DNA of 61,310 nt, the filler included, from Basidioascus undulatus (taxonomy: Eukaryota), in NCBI GenBank assembly GCA_000826855.1. It is 5 parts of 5 records of this genome, joined end to end, with 100 filler letters (N's around TTAATTAATTAA, not from the genome) between each part and the next. Parts side by side here need not be neighbours in the genome. Positions count along the whole stretch, not along the records: positions 36,856 to 49,036 come from JTLS01000938.1; 4 more parts are not named here. One strand, 5' to 3'. The first letter of the stretch is position 1; every line of letters begins with the position of its first letter. Below, piece after piece: positions 37,239-49,136 of the stretch. Made by a program: the position numbers and the translations under genes. The notes beneath the pieces are model-generated. The model was not told where the DNA came from and did not search any database. It saw nothing but the letters and a program-made list of their open reading frames with translations.

Positions 37239-38240
37239 CCTCAGGGTTGCGCTGCTCTACGGAGCTCTCGCGTTTGTTCAGCTCACCGCCACTCTCCGCA
37301 GATTGCTCTGTATCCGCCATCGATGCCCCTGCCCTCCCTCCAAGGTCCAAGTATCAAGACTCTTCAACGGAGAACGAGTGCCTCCTTCGCTCACGCCCTT
37401 TCGCGCCTCCTCAGGGTTGCGCTTTCCCAGGGAGCTGTCGACCAGCTGTCGACCAGCGCATCGCATTTCTTGTGTAACGTACCCACTCTCCGCAGATCTC
37501 TCGATAGGCCACCACAACCTCCATTTGATACATGAAAACAAGTAAAAGCACGAAATATCGAACAAGCCTTTCCCTTCTCGAGCTTCCTCAGGATTGCGCC
37601 GCTCTACAGACTGTCGGACAGCGATCACATCTTGCGTCCGTTCAACTCAACCGCTCTCTGCAGATTGCTCGGAACCCCAGCTTGGTGCCCCTTCAAGACT
37701 AAAGCCCAAATTCAAGGATCAAGAATCTCCGTCTACCCTTCCGTCTTGCGCCACCGCAGTGTCGCGTCGCTCTACGCTGTGTAAGGATCGGCCCTTTCCA
37801 AAGGAAAGGCCAGACTTGGATGGAATCGAACCAGCATCACGTGCACTAACCATTGTGCTACAAGCCCTTATTTGCTGATCTCAGTCCAAGGGTAGACCTC
37901 CGCCCTAACAAGCTGTCTACAGCGCGACTTGGGTCTGTCCCACTCACCCGCTCTCCGCAGACTTCTCGATAGCATATTTCGCTTTTTCTAGCCCAAGTAT
38001 TCAAGGATAAAACTGAAAGGCCTAACAGCTACGCTACTTCCCTCGGTGTTGCGCCGCTTCACGGAGCTGTCAAACAGCGTGTGGATCTTGTGGCTCTCCC
38101 ACTTACCCGCTCTCCGCAGATCTTTCGGTAGCACTCCTGTATTTCCCTTCGCCCAAACCACGAGAAATAAGAGACTAGAAGAAAGACACAACAACTTCTT
38201 GGGCCTCCTCAGGTTGCACCGCTCTACGGAGCTGTCGGAC
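37239..38240 (-). repeat. Six-unit ~170-bp array with two conserved complementary boxes and variable spacers
   Basis: Box 1 (+ strand consensus CCTCAGGGTTGCGCCGCTCTACGGAGCTGTC) starts at 37239, 37409, 37586, 37754, 38041 and 38207. Box 2 (CTCTCCGCAGA) at 37292, 37486, 37654, 37951 and 38110. Confidence 0.9.
37780..37910 (-). mobile_element. 131-bp solo-LTR-like insertion containing a tRNA-like Pol III promoter
   Basis: TGTAAGG...CCTAACA termini; flanks cGCTG / AGCTG (degenerate 5-bp TSD); splits box 1 of array unit 4. Minus-strand A box TAGCACAATGG (37850-37860) and B box GGTTCGATTCC (37822-37832). Confidence 0.8.
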
Positions 38241-38977
38241 TACTCACTGTCAGCAGTTGCCGGCTAATGCGTTGCTGAAGATCGACGGTGCGTTGCCTCG
38301 TATCTTTCCATTGATTTTTCCTCATGTCTGTGCCCTGACAATCTGGGATATGGATACTATACGTGCCATAGGCTGCGAAGGTTGATGAGGGAATCAGGTT
38401 GAAGAAGGCGGGGGCAAGTCGTGGTATGGTGCGTTGTCATGGGTTGGCTCTAAGTGCGGGCACCAGTGCAGTATTGCAATGCGCCCTCACTACTGAGTGA
38501 AGTGCTGTGCAGGAACGAGCTGTTGTTGAAGGGCTGAAAAGGTAGCCATGCCAGTGCTTAATTTGGACTTGTTCTCCGCGGCGACGACTTGCGGAGGGCT
38601 GCAACCCCGCTGCACAGGATCAACCCGGCCGATGCTGTCTGATAAGAGAAGGAGAGTGTATATTTCGGTGTTTTCTGGTTCTTTGCACAAAGAAGTCGAC
38701 GAAAGTGATCTCGGTTGAGGCGGCAAGTTTCCATGCGAGAAGACGCCCCGCAAGTCGATCACTCATCAAGTGCGCACTTTGCAGCCGACCAGCCAGCCGG
38801 CCCATGGGAAAGCCGTTTAGCGTTGCATTCGCCCCTTCGCCTCCTGCCTTCAGTTTCACACTTCGCTTAACGGTACTCTTCGCCCTTTGCATCGCATCTT
38901 GCTGGTCCACGGGGGTGCAGAGCCCCTTTTTTAAACACCACAACCACGGGCGTTCAACACGCTACTCTCGGTCGATA

Positions 38978-41900
38978 ATGGCCTCTCAACACCCGTACGA
39001 TCTTGCCGTCCAGCCTCCACCTGCCCAGCCACAGCCACACCACACCCAGCTCCTCCCCTTCGACCCCACGCGACCTATACTCCCCTCACACGCTGCGCCA
39101 GCCTCGGGCTCGGGCGTGAAGGTGGCCGAGAGCAGGGCGAGGAAGAAGGAGAAGGACGAGGAGGGCGAGGAGGCGGTCAAGCGGCGGAGTACGAAGGGTG
39201 AGTCTACTGGAACGGGGGAGGGGATGGAGGAGGTCGGGCATGAAGACGGAGAAGGACAGAGTACTGAAGTTGGGAGGGGGTGTTCAGCTTGCGATCACTG
39301 TCGGAAGTGCAAGTGCAAGTGCGCGAGACCGGAGGGTCAGACGACCGGCCCGTGCGAGAATTGCATCGCCTCTGGCGTTGGTGCGTCTTCTCTCCCAACA
39401 CTGCTCATAATCTTCACATTACGATGCTAAAATTCCGTGAATCACAGAATGCACTTTCAACGGGGTCAGCAAGAAGCGGTACGGCTCTTCTCCCTGCCTT
39501 CCTCCCGCCCCTCAAGCTCCTCATCTCATCCGCACTCTCTCGCACCTTCCCAGCGGACCACCCAAAGGCTACATTGAGACGCTATCCGACAAGCTGCGCC
39601 GCCTGGAAGACGTCGTCTCCCGCCTGTCTACCCTCCCCGACGCGTCTATCGTGATTGACGCGCTGCGCGAAGACCCCGCGACGGCCGAGCTGCTCGCGCC
39701 CGTGCTCGAGAAGCAACAGCAGGCTGCGGGTGTCGCATCTTCCTCCAAGGCCCCTGGGTCGTCAAGTCCGCGCCAGCGCAGGAGACTCAACAGCGTCGTC
39801 GGCGCTGGGGCGGGGTCGGTCCAGCAGCAGCAGCGGACGGTGGTCGTCCCGCCCGAGATCAGCGATGAGGATCCCACGGACGCGGATTTGGCGGACGTGG
39901 TGGGCCAGCTGAGCTTGGACGAGAACGAGAATCTGCGCTACCACGGAACCGCGAGCGGTGAGTGCTGCATGTCCCCATTCCGGCTTTTATGACACGCGAG
40001 ATCTGATGGCGAGTGTGCGCTGTGCAGGACTTCATCTGATCAGTCAGAACAAGCGGCACGAGGGTGGGATATGGTGCGGCGCATGACTGCTGTGTCATTG
40101 CGCTGGCTGCAGAGCTGACGGCTTGCATTGCAGGCGCCTACCTCGACCTGGTGTATGGCCGGCGTCGCACGAGCTGCCGCAGATGTCGGAGCAAGACGTC
40201 GTCCGCGTCTCGGGGGCGCGGGATGTGCTTCCCGAGCGGCGCGTACAAGAAAACCTGATCGAGCTGTATTTCACATACGTCCACCCTGTGAGCATCGGAA
40301 GCACTATTGTATCCCAGCAGGGTGCTGAGGCTTCTCTCCATACCCCAGGTCTTCTCCGTCATCCACAAGTCCGCCTTCCTCCGCGCCTTCAACGAGTCCA
40401 CCTCCCCGGCAGCCTCCCCCCGGTCCGACGCAGACCCCGAGCCCGTCTCGATCCTCCTCCTCCTCGCGATCTTCTCCCTCGCGAGCCGGTACTCGTCCGT
40501 CGACAGCCCGCAGCCCGCCGTGTTCTGGTCTGCCGGCGTCCGCTACGTCGAGAAGGCCAAGGAGATGATCTACCTCGACAACCCTGCTAGCCGCCTCTCG
40601 TCCGTCCAGGCGCAGCTGCTGCTGACGTACAGGAGCTTGGGCGTGGGCGACATGAAGGCTGGATGGCTGTTCTTGGGCGCGGCGGTGCGGATGGTAAGTT
40701 CGGGCTTGGTCGTGCTGCTGTATGTGGGATGGAATATGGGATCGTTGCTGATGGATTGGGAATGGGACATCGAACGCAGGCGGAGGACATAGGCTTGCAT
40801 CGCGATGTGGCGAAGTACGTCCCTGTCGGCAAGGCTCGGATAGGTCCCGAAGAGATGGAAGCTCGCAAGCGAAGTGCGTCTCCAGTCCGTTTTGCGCTTC
40901 TCCGCGGCTGCAGCTAATCATCAACCGCGCGCGCGCGCAGCATGGCACTGCTGCGTCGTGCTCGACACGTACGTCTCGAGCTTCATCGGCCGGCCGACCG
41001 CAATCCACTACAGCGACCACGATACGCGACTGGCCTCCGAGGGCGAGGTACGTTCCGGAGCTTTCTCATTCCTAGGAGCCACATCGCTCGACTGACGTGG
41101 GAGCGCGCTGCAGATCGAGGAGCACGAAGCGTGGCAGCCGATCGAGGCGCACGTCAGCTGCACGCGCGACGCCTGCAGCCTCAACGACCCGGACAACCTC
41201 TTCAACTGGTCCGTCCCGCAGACGAGCCACGCCCTGTCGTGCTTCAACCGCTTTGCCACCCTCTGTGCGTGTCACCTTATGCCTTCCTCCTCCGTCTCGC
41301 TGAACCGTGGTGTGGGCTCGGACACGACAGCTACGTTGCAAGCGCGCATACTGGAAAAGATCTACAACATCCGCGGGCGCCCGTCCGGCCAGCCGGGCGA
41401 GCAGATCTTGACCTACTTCGATCAGGCGCTGTCGCGCTGGTTCTTGGACCTCCCGCCGTACCTCAAGTACCAGCCCACTGCCGAGCGTCTGCCCCCGCCG
41501 CATATCCTCTCGCTGGTGCGCGCTCATGCTGATCGGTGCGACTGGCGGATCAACGAAGCTCACGAAGTGGACGGTCGGATAGCATTGCGCATTCTACTGC
41601 ACTCTCAATCTCCTCCACCGACCCTTGTGAGTTGCGCGTCCGCTTGTCCTGCCCTGGACGAGACTCATGCGTTTGGCCTCGCACAGCATCCCTCCGCGCG
41701 GCACCGCTGGAGCGACGTCCGCTTTTCCATCGCACGCTATTGCGACGTTCGCAGCCAACAGCATTACGAGCATTGGTACGTTGCTCCATCTGTGCGATGA
41801 GGCAGAAGCAATTTTGCGGGTGTTGATGGGAGGCGTGCGGCTTCGCAGTGACGACACTCGAGCGCCGGCACGGATTTCTCAAAAAGAGCCCGGCGACGCT

Positions 41901-42993
41901 CATCTACTACATCTTCACCGCCGGCGTCATGCACTGCTTCAACTTGAGCTACCCGGACCTCGAGATCGTCGCGCGCACGAATCTCAAGCGGACGATGGAC
42001 GCCCTGCGCGGGATGGAGGTGCGTCGGCTCATTCATTGCTTGAACCTCAGGTTCAAGTGAATAACTGGCAACTTTGACCGCTTTGGCTTGACAGCTTGTC
42101 TGGCCCGCCGCCGGCCGCTCGCACGATCTCCTCGCCGGTCTCGTCGACCTACGCGAGCCCGACCTCGTCCAGCACGCGGCCGGTCCGCGCGGGATCAAGC
42201 GCGTGGGGGACACACCCGACGACGGCGCGCCGTACCGCTTCGGCACGAGCTCTTCTGCTGCCGTGTTGCCCACTTCCATCCCCGCTTCGGCGTTTGCCCC
42301 GCCTCCGCAGCCGCTGCGCCAGCCGCCGCCGCGCCCGCAACCGCAGCAGATGTCGGCGAGCCCGACGCTCGGTGCGGGAATCCCAAGCCCCTCTGCGCCC
42401 GTGCAATTCGGCCAGCACCAGCGCGACTCGTCCTTCGACGGCGGCAGCGCGAATGGCCGTGCACCGCCCGCGTCGCTCGCGCAGATGTCGCCCGTCGGCT
42501 CATACGAGTCTGCTCGCTCGTTCGCATACCCCTCACGGCCGGCGGGACCGTCGCAAAGCCCGCTGCAACAGCAGCCGCAGCAACAACAGCAGTCCCCACC
42601 TCAGCCGCAACAGCAGCAGCCACAGCCTCCTCCAAACGAGTACGCGATCGCGTACCCGCTCCCGCTTGCCGCGACGGATGGGGACGGCGCGTGGGCGCCG
42701 TTCCTGCAGAACCAGGGCGTCGCCGAGCTGCAGTGGACGGGCTACCCCGCCCAGCCAGCCGCGCAGGCACCGCAACAGCACCAAGCGCACGCCGACTTGA
42801 ACGCCGTGCTCTTTGGCCATCATCCGTCCGGCCCGCACGGGCTCGATGGAGGCATGGGAGGCGTCCAGGATGGCTCTGCGCTGCCAGGGTCGCATGAACT
42901 GCTCGGTGCGTCGATTTCCGTGCGCGTTCAACGGACTACAGGCCAGCTCCGCTTACTCTTGGTCCAACAGGCGTCCACCGCGTTCCGCAATAG
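38978..42993 (+). CDS. Zn(II)2Cys6 transcription factor with fungal-specific TF domain
   Basis: ACDHCRKCKCKCARPEGQTTGPCENCIASGV|ECTF, GPPKGYIE, LIELYFTYVHP, GAAVRM|AEDIGLHRD, WHCCVVLDTYVSSFIGRP. Gln/Pro-rich C-terminus. Confidence 0.92.
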
Positions 42994-43871
42994 CACAACA
43001 GGTCGTTACCAGCTTTTTGATTCTTCCTTCCTTAAATGATTTACATGTCCTTTTCTTCTCCGCTTGACTTTCCTCGTCGCACACTCGCTACGCTTTTGGG
43101 ATCAGATGTTGTACTTTCGATACACGCCGCTTTCATCGCATGTCTTCTCATCGCGTGATAGCGCCGTGACCTTCCATCGCTGAACTGAAAAGACCCAACG
43201 CGCCGGAAATGTTCAAGGCACTGTCTCAGGCCATGATTTGCCTCCGAGAATGCTCGGCGGCCAGCCACTGATGATCACGATGAGGCGTGGGGGCGGGAGC
43301 GTCGCCGATCAGCCATCAGCCAGACCACACTCGCTACTCCACTTGTCACCCGCAAATGTGGCAAGGTCGTTCTTCAGTACACCGTTGAGAACGTGCAGAG
43401 AGCCCTCGCCACCTCGTGATAGACGGACCGCTCCACCCCGACAGCACCAACAGCGCGACCTCGCTCATCGCAGTCTTTTGGGAGGGTCCTTGGTCTGTCT
43501 CGTGCAGCCTTTGGAACATTTTTCGTACTCTATCTTGCGATCCTAATTTGCGGTTGGGTCTTACGTCGCGGTAGGCCAACAATGTATGAGAACACTATCA
43601 ACCGGAGCGCCCCGCAAGACGACGTCATTGCGAGAAGACGCACCTTCTCGCACTCCTCACCTCTCGACGCTCCGTCTGGCCCCCGATTCGCCTACGTAAA
43701 GACCGAGAAGGCCTTTTCGCTCCACTGATTTCCATCACTTCCACATTAGGCACTGGCCGCCCCAGCTTCTTGACTTTCTTCCACTACAATCACCCACGAC
43801 CACCCAGAACGACTAGACCTCCCTCAACGACACTCCCGTATCCTTCCTTCCTCACTTAGCTGTAGACAACC

Positions 43872-45494
43872 ATGATCTCCTCCGCTCAGCAGGCCCGCAA
43901 CGACCGCCGCCGCTCTTCCGCAGTGCAGTCCCAGCGCCGCCGCTCGTCGGTCCAGCAGCTCGCGAAGCCCCATGTCCCCGCGCGCCCTGACCAGTTTCAG
44001 GACCCGCCCATCCCCAAGCCTGAGGACATCAAGATGATCCGTGAGTCTTCGATTTACTAGCCTGAAGGCTAGGTAGCGTAGAGCGCTCAGAGAGGAACGG
44101 CGTCTCGCAGTGTCCGACGTTGACGGGACGCTCTTCGACGACGACCACGAGGTCCACCCGCGCACCCGGAACGCCCTCCTGTACATCCGCAAGCACCACC
44201 CCAAGATCCCCATCATGTGCGTTATCACTTGAGAGATTCATGATCAAAAAGCTGACCCGAAGTCCTGTTGCCTTCCGAACACAGCCCTGTCACCGGCAAG
44301 CAGCTCGTCTCCTGCGAAACGCTGCGCGAGGAGTGCGAGCTCGACCAGATGCCCGCGGGCTGCTGTCACGGCGCTATCATCTACAACCCGGACGGTACTG
44401 TTCAGACGCAGCAGGGCATCAAGCCCGAAACGGTTCTCGACGTCGTGGACATGATGGTGAAGCAGTACGTACTCTAGGAAAAGTTATGTGGGCATCTCGC
44501 TGATGCAGCGAGGGGGGCTCTTCTGCAGCAACAAGACGTGCATGCTTTATGAACACGACAAGGTCTCATGTGTTTCTCTTGAGGAGCGCCCGGACAAGGA
44601 CTTCTTCGAGATCTCGAAGGGTAAGTCGATCATTCATCTAGATTGCCGGACGTGTAACTGATCGAACTCTTGGCTTAGGCTTTGACCCTTCTATTGTGGA
44701 CGCCCGGGGCACCGATTTCCTGCAGAAGGTCAAGTCGGGCGAAGTCGTCATCAACAAGATCTTCATGCCGATGGAGGAGACTGTCATCGAGGGTGCGTTC
44801 CTGTTCTTCGTCTTGTCCTTCGAGGCGATTGCTCACTCGGCAGAGCGTTTCGTCCCTCTATTCAGACTTCATGATTCTCCTCGATCACGAGCCTCGCTTT
44901 CCGGTTGGCTCGTTCAAGATGACCCGCGCTCTGCCGTACATCATTGAGCTCGTTCCTCCCTCAGTCGACAAGGGTACGTAATCTTCATCTTGCACTGCCT
45001 GCCGCTGCGACCCCTTGCTTATATACGGCTTGTTCTCACTTGGCAGCCGTCGCACTTGCGCACTTCTCCGGGCACTACAACATTCCGGCGGAGAACATCA
45101 TCACTTTCGGTGACGGCGAGAACGACGGTTAGTCACTGACTTGACACATAGGCCTCTTCGGATAGCTGACAGTCTGGGCATCCACAGTCGGCATGTTCTC
45201 TGCGGCGGGCTACTCGGTCGCGATGGGCAACGCCATGGCGAAGCCCCGCGACACTGCAACGTACCACACCGTCACCAACAACGAGGTAAGGCCACACTGT
45301 ACCTTGTGGCATGGAGTAGCAGCTTATCTTGGCTTTTTTGTCTATCAGGGCGGTGTCGGCTTATTCCTTGATAAGGTAAGAACTTCGAACCCGCTTTCAC
45401 TAGCCCTCCTGCAGTGCCTTACGCACCTCCCCCACAGGTCTTCCGTCCCGACTATGTTCCCAGTGCAGAGGAGACCTCTGCCGTTGAGCTGTGA
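43872..45494 (+). CDS. Cof-type HAD-superfamily hydrolase
   Basis: SDVDGTL (motif I), PVTGK, VDKG, ITFGDGEND|VGMFSAAGYSVAMGNA, TNNE|GGVG. Confidence 0.9.
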
Positions 45495-46122
45495 TGGGAT
45501 CGCTCTTGTTGATTGAAGTTTGCATTTGAGAAGAAAGTAACGCATGGAGACGAGACGGACTGCACATAGAGCCGCGTAGCTTACTCGCTCGCATCATGAC
45601 AGGCAATGCATCGTTTGACTTTGCATCACCACACCACCGCAGTTCCTGAGGAATGTTCTTTGCTGAGTGGTGTTGCTGAGTGTTAGAAAGTGCCGCCGCA
45701 ACGATCAGACTCGAACGCCTGCAAGTCCAGACGTTCGTCTGATAGTCCCGCCGTGGCCCCTAATTGCCACCGTTAACGTTGTCACTCTCGCTGGTGGACT
45801 TCTTTGTATTTATCTCCGTTATTTTCCTTCATTATGCGAGGGCCTCCAATGCACATTCCAATAAATACTGGATATAGAGCTCGCAGAAACATGCTGATGG
45901 AGCGTCTCAAGGATCGAAGAAGGCCAGGCCTGGAGCAGGCCAATCTATGACGTCAGTGAAGGCTGCATGGACGAGCACGCGGACAGACGCGACAGGCTTG
46001 ATGAGGCTGATGAGGCTCGCCGTGTCCTCCACTTCCCCAGCGTTGCCAACGCATCTTTCCCTCCTACCACAACCATCCCAACCCCGCATTCAACCCACAC
46101 ACAAACCCCAGAACAATACACC

Positions 46123-47167
46123 ATGGCCGCCGCCCTTGCTCAGAACCTCGCCAACAAAGTCGCTTCCGCGGCTCAGAGCATCGTCCCCGCGAAGCCCGGC
46201 TCCAAGCTCCCTTCCTGTATGTCCACGCGTCGCTCTTGGTCCGGGGGCAGACGGCAGTGGTCCTCATGAGACGCTCTTCAGACCCCCTTAAGAAGAACAA
46301 CCCTGACACTGTTGTGAACCTCGCCGAGTCCAAGGGCAAGGTAGCCAGGAGCAAACCTTGGGCCTGACTTCCTTCAGACGCTGACGATGTTCCTTTCCCC
46401 TTACCCAGATCCTCGTATGTTGAAGATTGATCCGGGGGAAGGCACTTGTAGCTAACGTGAATCTGCAGATTGTGGGCGTGCCCGGCGCGTTCACGCCGCC
46501 GTGCTCCAGCCAGGTCCCGGGCTACATCCAGGACTACGAGAAGTTCGCGGCCAAGGGAGTTCACCACATCTGCACGTCCTGTTCATCTTTAACGCTTCAA
46601 GCATCTTCTTAATGGTCCGGTACACATGTAGACGTCGTCCCAATCAACGACATCTTCACCGTCAACGTAAGTGTCACGGCTCATCATCACGCCATCCTGA
46701 GTTGAGGAAGTCGAGCTGAACAAAACCCTTTTGGTAACCAGGCTTGGAAGGAAAAGCTCGGCAAGGATTCGAGGGTCGAGTTCCTGGCTGACGGTGCGTG
46801 CCGCGACTTATTTTCTGCGGGAGGCTGCAGCTTGCTGATGCTCATGGCCTTTCACAGATACCGGCAACTTCACCCGCTCCGCGGGTCTCACATTCGACGC
46901 CACGGGTCTTCTCGGCGGTGAGCGTGCCCAGGTATGTTGTTGTCTTCCTGCGGTGGGATCGTCGACGAGCTGACAGCCTGTTCGACCTCTACTAGCGCTA
47001 CGTCATCGTCGCGCAGGACGGCGTCGTCCAGTCGCTCGTTAAGGAGGACGAGGCGCCTTCTGTCACCGTCACCGCTTCCGACAAGTAAGTAGTGATTGAC
47101 TTTGCGAGCTGCTCGCCAGGTCAAGTCACTGACGCTCCCTCTCCATAGGGTCCTTGCCTCGCTTTAA
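46123..47167 (+). CDS. Prx5/Ahp1/Pmp20-type peroxiredoxin
   Basis: KGK|IL|IVGVPGAFTPPCSSQVPGY, YVVPINDIFTVN|AWK, FLAD, Q|RYVIVAQDGVV. The frame is open when a 6-nt microexon and a GC-AG intron are used. Confidence 0.92.
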
Positions 47168-47642
47168 GTCAAGGTCCAGGGTTAACGGGCAATATTCCCA
47201 TATCGACTGTACTTATACCTGTGACGAGAACAATGTGAAATGAAAGACCATGACCTTTCATGATTCCGCGCCCTCCCGCTGTGTCCCGTTGCTCGACTGC
47301 CCGGAACATAGTAGCTTACAGTTGTTCCGACCCACATTGGCCCGCACTATGGATCTCACATACACTTTTGACGTCAACTCGAGCCATGCGCTGATCGGGT
47401 TCGTTGTCCATCGTTCTGAGGCGAGACGGCTTCTCGAACGCACGCAGTCGGGCGCCCACTTTCTGTCTCTCCTCCATCTCCAGCCTCCATTAACCTCCAA
47501 GCATGCTCGCCCGTGCTATACTTCTCGTGTTCGCTAAATACGTTGGTCTCGCAGGAGCGCAAGATGTTGATCCCGGACTAACACGGTCAGTGGCCGCGAT
47601 ACTGCACTGAGAAAGCAGGCCCTGACACAGGAGTCTCGCCTC

Positions 47643-48552
47643 CCTAGCCTCCGTCCCTTACTCAAGTCCGTGTTATTCCTAGGCACTCTTAGGAACACAG
47701 TCTCACCTCTTAAGGGATTGATTCACACATCAACGCAAACAGTGTCAGCCAGCACAGCTATCCTGGAAAGGCGGGAAAGGACCATATTGTACGTCTCTCA
47801 CTGACCCCTCGGTCAACGCCTCATCCTAAGGCACGCTGACACGAACAGTGGGGATGGACGCTGAGCAAACATCAACATCGTCCCTGGCGGTGAACCGTCT
47901 GCCCCACCTTTCGCGAGTCTACCGAAGCAGGACGATGGCACGACCAGTTATATCTCGGTGGGTGACTGCGTCGTTCGACTGTTGGCGGGGCGCAAGCTGA
48001 TGAACTGAAGCCATGGGGATATTTAGACCGTCAACGTTCCCGGGGACACCGACGTAACAATCGCGCTCAACGCGGGCGGGCAGCTGGCCTACACCAGCAC
48101 CGTCAAGGTGGCGAAGTCTTTGGACGACAGCGGTCGTTGTGCGTAACATCCTACTCCTCCGATACACTCGGATGAATGACGTAATATTCTGGTATTTATT
48201 CAACTTCATATGCCACGGTGCAGCCGACTCAGCCGACTCAGCCGCCAGTTCTGGGCGACAGTGGTGGCGGGTCGGACGACGACAGTGGAGGCACGACCGA
48301 CGACGACAGCGCAAGCAGCGACGCTGCGAGTCCGACACAGGAAGATCCGTATGTCTCTCTACAACGCATTCAATCCCAGCTAAGCTGGGGCCGGTACTCA
48401 ATTTTGAATCTTACAGGGCACCTGCCGAAATGCCGGCGCTCCAGCAGCGACGACGGACCGGCCGCGACGCAACGGCAGTACCCCCAGCTCCGACGCAGCT
48501 CCTCATAGTTCTCTGCGTCGGGATTTTGGTAACGATGATGATTTCTTGCTAG
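47643..48552 (+). pseudogene. Basidiomycete secreted/GPI Ser-Thr-rich protein relic
   Basis: QCQPAQLSWKGGKGPY | INIVPGGEPSAPP | TVNVPGDTDVTIAL..GQLAYTSTV, then an S/D/T-rich linker and hydrophobic tail LLIVLCVGILVTMMISC*. No in-frame ATG; CAA where a CAG acceptor is needed (47866-47868). Confidence 0.65.
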
Positions 48553-49036
48553 ATGCGGTGCTCTTGAAGGGCTCACCGTATGTTCTTTAACTTGCATAAT
48601 TGCCATGTACTTCCTTCGCGCTATCCTGCACCACTGTACCACTGCACGATTGTATCACTATATCCATATGCTTCATGCATCCTGATAGTTTCTGCGATGC
48701 GTGCCATCACCTGCACAGTTGACCCCCGATACTTTTTCTTAGTCTCATTTTTGACCCTGCCAGTATAAATGTACGTCGCTAGCACCATGATAAGCAGAGC
48801 AACAAATTGCGGTGCAGAATGGCGTTTTAGGAGGTCGTCTATAATACAGGAGTACATTGTAGCATCGAAATAAGGACGGTGGAAGAGGGGAACGTAACGA
48901 GAACGGAAGCCTGGAAGTCTATGGCCAGAGGAAGAATGCGTGTGCCGGATTCAAAGGCCGTCGTCTCTAATAGCAGTGGTGCACCTCCTTCTCGCCCTCC
49001 CACTTCATCTCAGATTGGCGGCCCGGCTTGCAGCTG

Positions 49037-49136
49037 NNNNNNNNNNNNNNNNNNNNNNNNNNNNNNNNNNNNNNNNNNNNTTAATTAATTAANNNNNNNN
49101 NNNNNNNNNNNNNNNNNNNNNNNNNNNNNNNNNNNN
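49037..49136. other. Artificial contig linker
   Basis: 44 N + TTAATTAATTAA + 44 N. Confidence 0.98.

Noticed and set aside
37812..37867. Functional tRNA gene
   Set aside because: No anticodon arm and no oligo-T terminator; it lies inside an insertion.
37239..38240. CRISPR array or hammerhead ribozyme array (CTGAGGA...CGAAA on the minus strand)
   Set aside because: Eukaryotic context, no cas genes, degenerate bipartite repeats and long uneven spacers. GAAA is present in only one unit at the matching position, and stems I/III with an NUH site could not be built.
3671..47167. SOD, Ohr and peroxiredoxin as an oxidative-stress cluster
   Set aside because: Three different unlinked contigs.
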